Source: Solirubrobacteraceae bacterium (GTDB taxonomy: Bacteria > Actinomycetota > Thermoleophilia > Solirubrobacterales > Solirubrobacteraceae). Taken from it: a stretch of DNA of 64,000 nucleotides. This document shows positions 9,522-17,755 of this stretch, in pieces. Below the pieces are notes generated by a model. It searched no databases, was not told the DNA's origin, and saw nothing but the letters and a program-made list of their open reading frames with translations. The stretch's first letter is position 1. Every line of letters begins with the position of its first letter. Position numbers and translations under genes: made by a program. The stretch covers positions 1,941 to 65,940 of the forward strand of contig DATBPE010000176.1 in NCBI GenBank assembly GCA_036561505.1. The letters are read 5' to 3'.

Positions 9522-12500
9522 ACCATCGCCCGGCGAGCTGCTCGCCAACCGTGAACTGAGCCTGATCCGCGATCGAGTGGCCGCCTGGTTGAAGCAGAAC
9601 GCCACCGAGCTCGGCTGCAGCTACCTGTTTGACGAATGGCTGAGCCAGGGCGGGGACTCAGAGCTCCTACGCGAACCGATTCGCCGCTGGCTGGAGATCC
9701 ACCGCGAGCATCTGGACGCCCGCTTCCTCTACAAGGCGTGGCTTACGGCCGGCGGCGAGCTGGAGCTCGTGCGCGAGCCGATCCTCGCCTGGATCGCCCG
9801 GCACGCCGACATCCAAGCAGCCGGATTCGTCTACTCCGCGTGGCTTGACGGCGGCGGCGATCTGGAGCTCGTGCGCGAGCCGATCCGCCGCTGGATCGCC
9901 GCACACGGCTCGAGCGAGCCGGACTCGGGGTTCCTCTACAAGGCGTGGCTCGCGGCCGGCGGCGAGCTCGATTTCGTGCGTGAGCCAATCACAGGCTGGC
10001 TGGCGCACGGCGCCAACCACACCGAAGTCAACTACCTCTACGGAGCATGGCTTGAAGCCGGCGGTGAGCTCGATTTCGTGCGCGCAGGCGTGCACCGGTG
10101 GTTGGAGGAGCACGGCGAGACACCGCACGCGAGCTTCGTCTACAACGCCTGGCTGCGAGCCGGCGGCGAGCTCGAGCTCGTGCGCAAGCCGATCGCCGAG
10201 TGGTTCCTCACCAACGCCGAGTTCCCCTCAGTCGAGTTCCTCTTCAAGGCGTGGCTCGAGGCCGGCGGAGAGATACAGATCCTGCGCGAGCCGATGCGCC
10301 GCTGGATTGAGAAAAACAGCGACGGCGAGAACGCCCACTTCGGCTACTGCGCCTGGCTAGAGGCCGGCGGTGAGCTGGAGCTCGTACGTGAACCGATCCT
10401 CGGGTGGCTCGAGCATCACGGCGAGGAGCCCCAAGCAATGTTTCTCTACCACACCTGGCTGGGCGCAAACGGTGATCTGGACACGGTCCGCCGGCCAATC
10501 GGCAGATGCCTGGCCAAGCACGGCGAGGCGCCCGACGCTCACCTCATCCACGGAGCCTGGATCGCCGCCGGGGGTGAGCTCGATCTGCTGACAGACCACC
10601 TGCGCCGCTGGTTTGCCGCCAACGCCGAGCAGAACGAGGCCACCAAGTTCCTGCTCAGCGCCTGGTTGGACGGCGGCGGTGCGCTGGAGCTGGTGCGCGA
10701 GACCGTGCAGATGTGGACAGATGCCCACGCGGAGAGCCTGGATGAGTCATTCGTGCTGTGCTCGTGGCTGCAGGCGGGCGGTGAGCCGGAGCTCCTGCGC
10801 GAGCCGATCCGCCGTTGGCTCGAGCTTCACGCCACCAGCGAACAGGCCCAGTTCCTGTATTCGGCCTGGCTCTCCCACAAAGGCGAACGAAAGCTCGTCA
10901 ACGACGCCATCCTCGCCTGGCTTCAGGCGAATCCCACCGACGCGAAGGCCGTCTACGTCTTCGCCGCATGGCTCAGCTGCGGCGGCGGCCTCGACTTGAT
11001 GCGCCAACCGATCCGCCGCTGGTTGGATGGCGAGGCCAGCGGCAGCGAGCCTGCCCAGTTCCTCTACCGGGCATGGCTCGACGCGGGCGGCGAGACAGAC
11101 CTCCTACGCGAGGCGATCAGCGGCTGGTGTGAGAAGAACCCCGGGTCGATCAGCACCGAATTCGTGCTGCGCTCCTGGTTGCAGGCCGAAGGTGAGATCG
11201 AGTTCGTGCGCGAGCCAATGCGAGCCTGGATCGAGGCGTTTAGCTCCCAACAACACTCCGGCTCGATGTACTGCGCCTGGCTTGACGGCGGCGGCGATCT
11301 GGAGCTCGTGCGCGAGCCGATCCGCCGCTACCTGCAGACCAACGCGAGCGTCCGCGAGAACACCCAGTTCCTGTACCGCTCATGGCTTCAGTCCCGCGGC
11401 GAGACAGAGCTCATCCGCGAAGCGGTCCGACGTTGGCTTCACCGGCACGCCTGCAGCCTGCACGCAAGCTTCCTCTACAAGGCCTGGCTCGAGGCCGGTG
11501 GCGAGACGGATCTGGTGCGCGAGCCGATCCGTGCATGGATCGCCAGATACCCGCGCAACGCGCGAGCCGGATTCGTCTACTGCGCCTGGCTTGCCGGCGG
11601 CGGCGACACCGCGCTCGTGCGCGATGCGATCGGATCGTGGTTTGTGACGCACGCGTCGTGGAGACCGGCCCATCAAACCTTCCAGGCGTGGCTTGACGCC
11701 GGCGGGGAGCTCGGCATCCTCAGCACCCCAATCGCGACTTGGATAAAACGCCACCACATCAGCAAGGACGCACGCCTGCTCTACCGCGCCTGGCTTGCGC
11801 GCGGCGGCGATCTGGATCTGGTGCGCGAGCCGATCCGTGCGTGGCTGTCAGTGTTCGCCGGAAACCCGCAGGCCGCCATCCTGATACGAGCCTGGCTTGA
11901 CTCCGGCGGCGAGCCGGCGCTCGTGCGAAAAGCGCTGCGTAGCTGGCTCTCACATCCACAGCGCCCGCTCGCCGCGAGAGTGCTCTGCAGGGCGTGGCTC
12001 ACGGCCGGTGGAGAGCGAGACCTAGACGGCCTGGAGCGCCACATGAGCGACGGCGCGCCACACACGAGGATTCCCGTCCCGCTCGGCGCGGGCAGGTCGG
12101 AGCATGAGATCGCCGATGTGTCGACGTGCGCTAACGAGACGTAGTTGAGCCCAGACTTCACCCCCTCGACGGCTGAGCTGCTCGCCGCGGGCGAAATCGA
12201 CCGCGTGCGCGAGGAGTTGATCGGGTGGCTCGCCGACCACGGCGAGGAACTCGCCAGCAGCTACATCTACCCAGAGTGGCTGCAGTTCGGAGGAGAGCCA
12301 GATCTGGTGCGCGAGCCGATCCGCCGCTGGCTAGCAGCCCACCGCGAGCATGCCGACGCCCAGTTCGTCTACAAGGCGTGGTTGGACTACGGCGGCGAGC
12401 TAGAGCTCGTGCGCGACGCGATCGCGCAGTGGCTCTCGGTCCACGCCAACGAGCCCTACGCCGGCTTCGTCTATGCCCCGTGGCTCGTGGCCGGCGGCGA

Positions 12501-14960
12501 GCTGGAGCTGGTGCGTGAGCCGATCAAGGCGTGGCTCGATCTCCACAACGACCTCGGCGAAGACACCGGCTTCCTGCACAAGGCGTGGCTTGCGGCCGGC
12601 GGCGAGCTGGAGCTCGTGCGCGAGCCGATCAGAGCGTGGTTGGCAGCCAACGCCAAGGAGCAGTTCGCGCACTTCGTCTACTGGGCGTGGCTTGACGGGG
12701 GCGGTGAGCTGGAGCTCGTGCGCGAGGCGATCATCGCGTGGCTCGAGCGCTACGCCACCGAGCAGAGCGCCGGATTTGTCTACCCCGTGTGGCTTGAAGC
12801 CGGCGGCGAGGTCGAGCTCGTACGCGAGGGGCTGCGGCAATGGCTCGAGCTCCATGGCGCTGAGCTCGGCGCCGCCGAGTTCCTGTATGAGGGATGGCTC
12901 GACGTCACCGGTGAGCTGGAGTTCGTGCGCGAGCCGATCACTCGCTGGCTCGAGAACTGCGCCTGCTCAAACGACGCCCAATTCGTCTACCGCGCCTGGC
13001 TGCGGGCCGGCGGCGATCTGGATCTGGTGCGCGAGCCGATCACCGGCTGGATCTCTACCCACGGCACCGAGCAGTCCGGCGCGTTTGTCTACAAGGCGTG
13101 GTTGGACGCCGGGGGAGAGCTCGATCTGCTGCGCGAGACGATCGCGCTGTGGCTCACCAAGCACGCCGGCGAACACGACAGCGTGTTCCTGTATCGCGGA
13201 TGGCTGCGCGCCGGCGGCGAGCCGCGACTCGTGCGAACGGCACTCCAGCGGTGGCTTTCAGAGCACGGCGCGAGCGTCGAAGGACAATTGATCTACAGCG
13301 CCTGGATCGACGTCGCCGGCGAGCTCGATCTGATCAGAGAGCCCCTGCGCCGCTGGTTTGCCGCCAACGGCGAGCACCAGGAGGCGACAAAGTTTCTGCT
13401 GTGCGGCTGGCTTGACGCGGGCGGCGAGCCGGCCCTTGCACGCGAAGCGCTGGAGCGGTGGGTGCGCGCACGCGTGGACACCGTCGAGGTGTCCTTCGTG
13501 CTGTGCTCCTGGCTTGACGCCGGGGGAGAGCGCGAACTGATGCGAACGGCGATCGCGCGCTGGCTCTCCCAGTACGCCACGGTCCCCTCGGCACAGTTCG
13601 TCTGTGTCTCCTGGCTGGCGGCCGGCGGCGAGCTCGATCTCGTGCGCGAGCCGATCCGGGCGTGGCTGGAGGCCAACCCGCTGCTGAACTCCGCCGGGGT
13701 GCTGATCAGCCGCTGGCTCGACCGCAAGGGCGAGCGCAAACTGGTGCGCGAGTCGCTACACCGCTGGCTCACCGCCCACACCAACAACGTGCACGCCCAC
13801 TTCCTCTACCGGGCGTGGTTGGACGCCGGCGGGGAGGTCGACGACGTCCGCGAGCCGTTGCGCCGCTGGCTTGAAACACATGCCGCCTACACCGCCGTTG
13901 ACTTCCTCTGTGTCTCCTGGCTTGCCGGCGGCGGCGAGCCCGAGCTGATCGCCGAGCCGGTACGCCTGTGGCTGGCGGCCAAGGCCACCACCGAGCCCGC
14001 ACGGGACCTGTGTTTTCGCTGGATCGACGCCGGCGGTGATCTCGGGGTCGTGCGCGAGCCGCTGCGCCAGTGGCTCGCCGAGCAGGGCACCACCGAAGAG
14101 GCCCAGTTCCTCTACCACGTGTGGCTACGCGCCGGCGGTGAACTCGGGCTGGTACGCGAGCCGATCACCGCCTGGCTTGCGCTGCACCGCCAGGCGCCCT
14201 GTGCCCAGTTCGTCTACAAGGCATGGCTCGATGGGGGCGGCGAGCTCGAGCTCGTACGCCAGGAGATCCTCGAATGGCTCACCGAACACGAACTTTCAGC
14301 GCCGGCTGGGTTCGTCTACCCGGCTTGGCTGAATCGCGGCGGCGATCTGGATCTCGTGCGCGAGTCGATCCGCCACTGGCTTTCAGAGCACGAGCGCGAG
14401 CACTCGACGCGCTTTCTGTACCGCGCATGGTTGGAGGCCAAAGGCGAGCTCGGCCTCGTACGCGAGCCGATCTCCAAATGGCTCGATCGGCACTCCAGCA
14501 CCCACGACGCCAGGGACGTGCTGCAGTCGCTGCTGAAGGCCGGCGAACCCTGGCGTGAGGTGAGCGAACCGGTATGCCGCTGGCTGGACGCCCACGGCCA
14601 GGGCTCCTCGGCCAGCTTTCTGTATGAGACCTGGCTTGACTGCGGCGGCGATCTGGAGCTCGTGCGGGAGCCGATCAGAGGCTGGCTGGCCGCGCACGCC
14701 AAGAGCGCCAACGCCAAGTTCGTCTACCGCTCGTGGCTGGATGGCGGCGGCGATCCGGAGCTCGTGCGCGAGCCGATTCGCCAGTGGCTGCGCCTGCACG
14801 CCCGCGTCCAGAACTCCACCTTTGTCTATCAGGCTTGGATCAAGCGCGGCGGCGATCTGGAGCTCGTGCGCGAGCCGATCTCCCGCTGGCTGCGCGCCGG
14901 TCCGACCCCCACCCAGACGAGGATCCTGCGCGAAACATGGCTCGCGGCCGGCGGCGAGGC
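6670..14960 (+). repeat. Degenerate coding tandem repeat, 102-105 bp unit
   Basis: Core tggct..c.gccggcggcgagct.ga.ct.gtgcgcgagccgatc...c.ctggct recurs at about 102 bp spacing through all three genes. Confidence 0.9.
9505..12144 (+). CDS. Trp-rich 34/35-aa tandem helical repeat protein 2 (cap + 23.5 repeats), unknown function
   Basis: Same repeat. TTG at 9505 with GGGAG just upstream; N-terminus TFEPSPGELLA matches the paralogs; overlaps the gene 1 stop by 17 bp. Confidence 0.9.
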   Translation: MIATFEPSPGELLANRELSLIRDRVAAWLKQNATELGCSYLFDEWLSQGGDSELLREPIRRWLEIHREHLDARFLYKAWLTAGGELELVREPILAWIARHADIQAAGFVYSAWLDGGGDLELVREPIRRWIAAHGSSEPDSGFLYKAWLAAGGELDFVREPITGWLAHGANHTEVNYLYGAWLEAGGELDFVRAGVHRWLEEHGETPHASFVYNAWLRAGGELELVRKPIAEWFLTNAEFPSVEFLFKAWLEAGGEIQILREPMRRWIEKNSDGENAHFGYCAWLEAGGELELVREPILGWLEHHGEEPQAMFLYHTWLGANGDLDTVRRPIGRCLAKHGEAPDAHLIHGAWIAAGGELDLLTDHLRRWFAANAEQNEATKFLLSAWLDGGGALELVRETVQMWTDAHAESLDESFVLCSWLQAGGEPELLREPIRRWLELHATSEQAQFLYSAWLSHKGERKLVNDAILAWLQANPTDAKAVYVFAAWLSCGGGLDLMRQPIRRWLDGEASGSEPAQFLYRAWLDAGGETDLLREAISGWCEKNPGSISTEFVLRSWLQAEGEIEFVREPMRAWIEAFSSQQHSGSMYCAWLDGGGDLELVREPIRRYLQTNASVRENTQFLYRSWLQSRGETELIREAVRRWLHRHACSLHASFLYKAWLEAGGETDLVREPIRAWIARYPRNARAGFVYCAWLAGGGDTALVRDAIGSWFVTHASWRPAHQTFQAWLDAGGELGILSTPIATWIKRHHISKDARLLYRAWLARGGDLDLVREPIRAWLSVFAGNPQAAILIRAWLDSGGEPALVRKALRSWLSHPQRPLAARVLCRAWLTAGGERDLDGLERHMSDGAPHTRIPVPLGAGRSEHEIADVSTCANET

Positions 14961-15141
14961 GAACGCCGTGATGCTCAGCCCGGGCCGCGAGACGCCGCCC
15001 GCCATCGGCCAGACCCCGCGGCGGCGGCGAGCCGACCATCCCCAGCGAACGCCCCGCACGCCGATCGCCCGCGCAGGTGCACGCCCAGCGCCGGGAGCGG
15101 GCGAGCATCCCGCTCAGCGCCGGCGGCGGAAGCTCACCTGA
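12145..15141 (+). CDS. Trp-rich 34/35-aa tandem helical repeat protein 3 (cap + 26.5 repeats), unknown function
   Basis: Same repeat. TTG directly after the TAG of gene 2; N-terminus DFTPSTAELLAAGE; Arg-rich C-terminal tail. Confidence 0.9.
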   Translation: MSPDFTPSTAELLAAGEIDRVREELIGWLADHGEELASSYIYPEWLQFGGEPDLVREPIRRWLAAHREHADAQFVYKAWLDYGGELELVRDAIAQWLSVHANEPYAGFVYAPWLVAGGELELVREPIKAWLDLHNDLGEDTGFLHKAWLAAGGELELVREPIRAWLAANAKEQFAHFVYWAWLDGGGELELVREAIIAWLERYATEQSAGFVYPVWLEAGGEVELVREGLRQWLELHGAELGAAEFLYEGWLDVTGELEFVREPITRWLENCACSNDAQFVYRAWLRAGGDLDLVREPITGWISTHGTEQSGAFVYKAWLDAGGELDLLRETIALWLTKHAGEHDSVFLYRGWLRAGGEPRLVRTALQRWLSEHGASVEGQLIYSAWIDVAGELDLIREPLRRWFAANGEHQEATKFLLCGWLDAGGEPALAREALERWVRARVDTVEVSFVLCSWLDAGGERELMRTAIARWLSQYATVPSAQFVCVSWLAAGGELDLVREPIRAWLEANPLLNSAGVLISRWLDRKGERKLVRESLHRWLTAHTNNVHAHFLYRAWLDAGGEVDDVREPLRRWLETHAAYTAVDFLCVSWLAGGGEPELIAEPVRLWLAAKATTEPARDLCFRWIDAGGDLGVVREPLRQWLAEQGTTEEAQFLYHVWLRAGGELGLVREPITAWLALHRQAPCAQFVYKAWLDGGGELELVRQEILEWLTEHELSAPAGFVYPAWLNRGGDLDLVRESIRHWLSEHEREHSTRFLYRAWLEAKGELGLVREPISKWLDRHSSTHDARDVLQSLLKAGEPWREVSEPVCRWLDAHGQGSSASFLYETWLDCGGDLELVREPIRGWLAAHAKSANAKFVYRSWLDGGGDPELVREPIRQWLRLHARVQNSTFVYQAWIKRGGDLELVREPISRWLRAGPTPTQTRILRETWLAAGGEANAVMLSPGRETPPAIGQTPRRRRADHPQRTPRTPIARAGARPAPGAGEHPAQRRRRKLT

Positions 15142-16079
15142 ACGTCCTCCTGCTCCAGACGCTCCTCGACCTCCGCCGAGGAGCGCAGGCTGCGTTCATC
15201 CGCGGAGGTCAGCGGGCCGCCGAAGAGGCTGCGCGGCCACAGCCGCCGAGCACGCACCACGTTCACCTCCGCGGCGAGCAGCGTTACCTGGCTGCCGAGA
15301 TACAGCCACGCCAGCAGCCCCAGCACCAGCGCGAAAAAACCCGAGGTCTCCTGCGCCCGGCGGATCACGTGATCGACGTAGTAGCCGCCGATGTACTGCA
15401 GCAACTGCCAGCAGACCGTGGCGAGGATCACTCCGGGCAACAGGTCCCTGGTGTGCACCTCCTCGACGGTCAGTAGCCGAAAGGCGGTGAAGAACAGCAG
15501 CAGGTTCGCCGCCAGCGCCACCAGCACCCCCGCCAGTACCCCCGCCAGCGCCAGCGCCCCGTGGGTCTGCGCCGTCACGTACCCGGCGGCGGCGGTCGAG
15601 AGGACCATCAGCGAGCCCAGCACCGCCAACAGTCCGAGGCCGCGCAGCCGTTGCAAGGCGAAGTTCGGGCGATGCTTGTGCGGGACGTGCCAGACCTGGT
15701 TGAAGGCGTTCTGGGCGGCGCCGGTTATCCCCAGGCCGGCAAGGACAGAGGCGATCAGGCCGATCGCCAGTCCCAGGCCGCTGCCTTTGAGGGAGCGCAC
15801 GTTGCGCTCGAGCTGAACGCCGATGATCGGAAACTCGCTGAGGGTGGAGTGAAGGACGCTGTGCTGGGCGGCCGGGTTGCCCTGCAGCACGAAGCCGAGG
15901 ATCGTCACGAACACCAGCAGCAGCGGGAAGATCGAGAGAAAGCCGTAGTAGGCGACGAGTGCCGCCAGCTGGCTGGCCTGATCGTCTGAGAACTTCTTCA
16001 GCACCGCCAGTGGGAAGGACAGCCAGCGCCGGCTCTGTTGGTAGCGCTCAAAGCGCCGCGGCTGCTCGGAGAGCTTCAT
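15114..16079 (-). CDS. YihY/virulence factor BrkB family membrane protein
   Basis: KFSDDQASQLAALVAYYGFLSIFPLLL and LGLLAWLYLGSQVTLLAAEVN motifs. ATG at 16079 chosen; the longer ORF overlaps the sigma gene. Confidence 0.9.
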   Translation of the reverse strand: MKLSEQPRRFERYQQSRRWLSFPLAVLKKFSDDQASQLAALVAYYGFLSIFPLLLVFVTILGFVLQGNPAAQHSVLHSTLSEFPIIGVQLERNVRSLKGSGLGLAIGLIASVLAGLGITGAAQNAFNQVWHVPHKHRPNFALQRLRGLGLLAVLGSLMVLSTAAAGYVTAQTHGALALAGVLAGVLVALAANLLLFFTAFRLLTVEEVHTRDLLPGVILATVCWQLLQYIGGYYVDHVIRRAQETSGFFALVLGLLAWLYLGSQVTLLAAEVNVVRARRLWPRSLFGGPLTSADERSLRSSAEVEERLEQEDVQVSFRRRR

Positions 16080-16184
16080 GACCGTGGGGTCGGCCGCCGC
16101 ACGGCGCGCCTGGCTGTGGGCGGGCGCGGGGCGGGCTGTGATCGGGAGGGGGGGTGTGGGGAGCGATTCACGCGACATCCATAC

Positions 16185-16856
16185 GTGTCTACCCAATCCG
16201 CCAGCGAAAAAAGAGTCCTCGACGGAAACTGGTCGATCCGGTCCTACCGGACCATAGCGGCCGAAGATCCCGCCGAGGAGGTCGCCGTCGTCTCCCAGCA
16301 GAAGCGCGAGATTCTGTTGCGGGCCTACCGGCAGTGGCTGCGCCTCGAGGACCTCGAAGATTGCCTGAGCCAGGCGACGCTCGAGCTGGTGGCACGCGCC
16401 CGGCGGGGAGGCAGCTTCTCCGGAGCCGGCCACATCGCCAACGCGCTCGAGCAGAAGTTCCTCTCGCGCATACACGACCGCCGCCGCGCGCTTGGCGGGC
16501 GCAGCGCGATGGAGGCGGCGCTCGACGGCGCATTGCAACTGGGCGAGCCCAACAGCGGCGGAGTCGACATCGCCGACGTGCGCGCCAGCACCGAAGAGCG
16601 CGTCGCGGGGCGAATGGAACTGGGTCAGGTGACCGAGGCCGCCAAGCGCCTAACAGCCGACCAGCGGCTCGTACTCGCCTGCCAGGTCGCACTGGACATG
16701 AGCTGCCGCGAATTCTGCGATCAGTTCGGCTGGTCACCGGAGAAGTACCGCAAGGTGGCTCAGCGTGGCCGCACACGCCTGCGGCTGCTCAGCGGCGCTG
16801 AGCGTGTCCCACTTTCGAGTACGGCGTCGGAGATGAACACGAGGACCCACCTATGA
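16185..16856 (+). CDS. Sigma-70 family (ECF-like) RNA polymerase sigma factor
   Basis: Region-2-like EDLEDCLSQATLEL and region-4 HTH LTADQRLVL...MSCREFCDQFGWSPEKYRKVAQRGRTRLR. Start uncertain (GTG 16185). Confidence 0.7.
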   Translation: MSTQSASEKRVLDGNWSIRSYRTIAAEDPAEEVAVVSQQKREILLRAYRQWLRLEDLEDCLSQATLELVARARRGGSFSGAGHIANALEQKFLSRIHDRRRALGGRSAMEAALDGALQLGEPNSGGVDIADVRASTEERVAGRMELGQVTEAAKRLTADQRLVLACQVALDMSCREFCDQFGWSPEKYRKVAQRGRTRLRLLSGAERVPLSSTASEMNTRTHL

Positions 16857-17019
16857 AATTCACACTCTCCGCTCATAGGCTTGTCCTCAGGGACGCCAGT
16901 GGCCACTCGCACGGACAGTCGCTGGGTGTTTCCGCTCAGCACGCAAACGGTCGCGGTCAGAGTTCATCCCCGCTCAGACCGTCGACCGTTTGCGTGTATC
17001 TGTCAATGGTGGTGAAGTG

Positions 17020-17748
17020 ATGTTTTCCCGCCGCGCGCCAAGTGAGGTTTACCGCGTCTACGGTGAGGATGACCTCTTCACCGATTCCGAGGAGCCCACC
17101 AACACATACCCACCAGCGGCTCCCGAAGAGCCACCGGTCCTCGAGCGTCTCTCAGAGGAACACCAACCGGCGAGCTCTTTTCACGAGTACGACACAACCG
17201 AATACGAGCCGGTAGTCCAGCAACCCGCTCCCGAGCCGGCCTACATTCCCCCGCGCCCGCACCAGCAGGAGCCTGAGCTCGACGAGCTGGCGCTCGCCTC
17301 GGGCGGCCTCTACGGAAAGGCCGAGGGCCAGCGGCGCAACCTCGGGCTGTATGCCCTCGGGGTGCTCCTGGCGCTGTTGCTGATCGGTGTGATCGCGACC
17401 GGTGTACTGAAACCCTCACCCACCCAAAGTCACACAAACACGAGTAATCCGTCCGCTGTACAAAACGTGGCAGTCGCGCCGTCGACGCCAAGTGTCACTA
17501 CCCAGCCGCCCTCCAGGCGCGCCACCCCAGCGGCCAGGCGACACCGTCCGCGTCCCCTCAACAGCTACCGTCCGCCAGCCGTGCACCACAGCGCGCCGGC
17601 TAGCTCCCCACCGCGTGGCGCTTTCACCACCGCACCGTCACACTCCGCGCCGGCACCGGTGAGCCAACCTGTCGCCCCGGTGAGCGCTCCGGCACCAAGC
17701 TACGCCGCGCCAGCCTCCTCGGGCCCCGAGTTCAGCTTCGAGCATTAG
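17020..17748 (+). CDS. Single-pass membrane protein with acidic N-terminus and Pro-rich C-terminus
   Basis: One TM segment (LGLYALGVLLALLLIGVIA); ends in PEFSFEH; first gene of the T4SS-like operon. Confidence 0.7.
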   Translation: MFSRRAPSEVYRVYGEDDLFTDSEEPTNTYPPAAPEEPPVLERLSEEHQPASSFHEYDTTEYEPVVQQPAPEPAYIPPRPHQQEPELDELALASGGLYGKAEGQRRNLGLYALGVLLALLLIGVIATGVLKPSPTQSHTNTSNPSAVQNVAVAPSTPSVTTQPPSRRATPAARRHRPRPLNSYRPPAVHHSAPASSPPRGAFTTAPSHSAPAPVSQPVAPVSAPAPSYAAPASSGPEFSFEH

Positions 17749-17755
17749 GGCCGCC

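Noticed and set aside
6670-14960. Regular ~102-bp DNA periodicity as a CRISPR array or non-coding repeat
   Set aside because: The units are degenerate at synonymous positions, keep an open frame for about 3 kb each, and no cas genes are present. They are protein-coding repeats.
6558-15141. Calling the repeat proteins TALEs, TPRs or PPRs outright
   Set aside because: They lack the TALE LTPxQVVAIAS..GGKQAL consensus, the TPR small-residue pattern and the PPR YNxLI motif. Only the unit length and a GG turn or PD end are similar.
16080-16538. Long N-terminal extension of the YihY ORF overlapping the sigma gene
   Set aside because: It is the antisense shadow of the sigma factor. YihY similarity begins only near MKLSEQ (16079).
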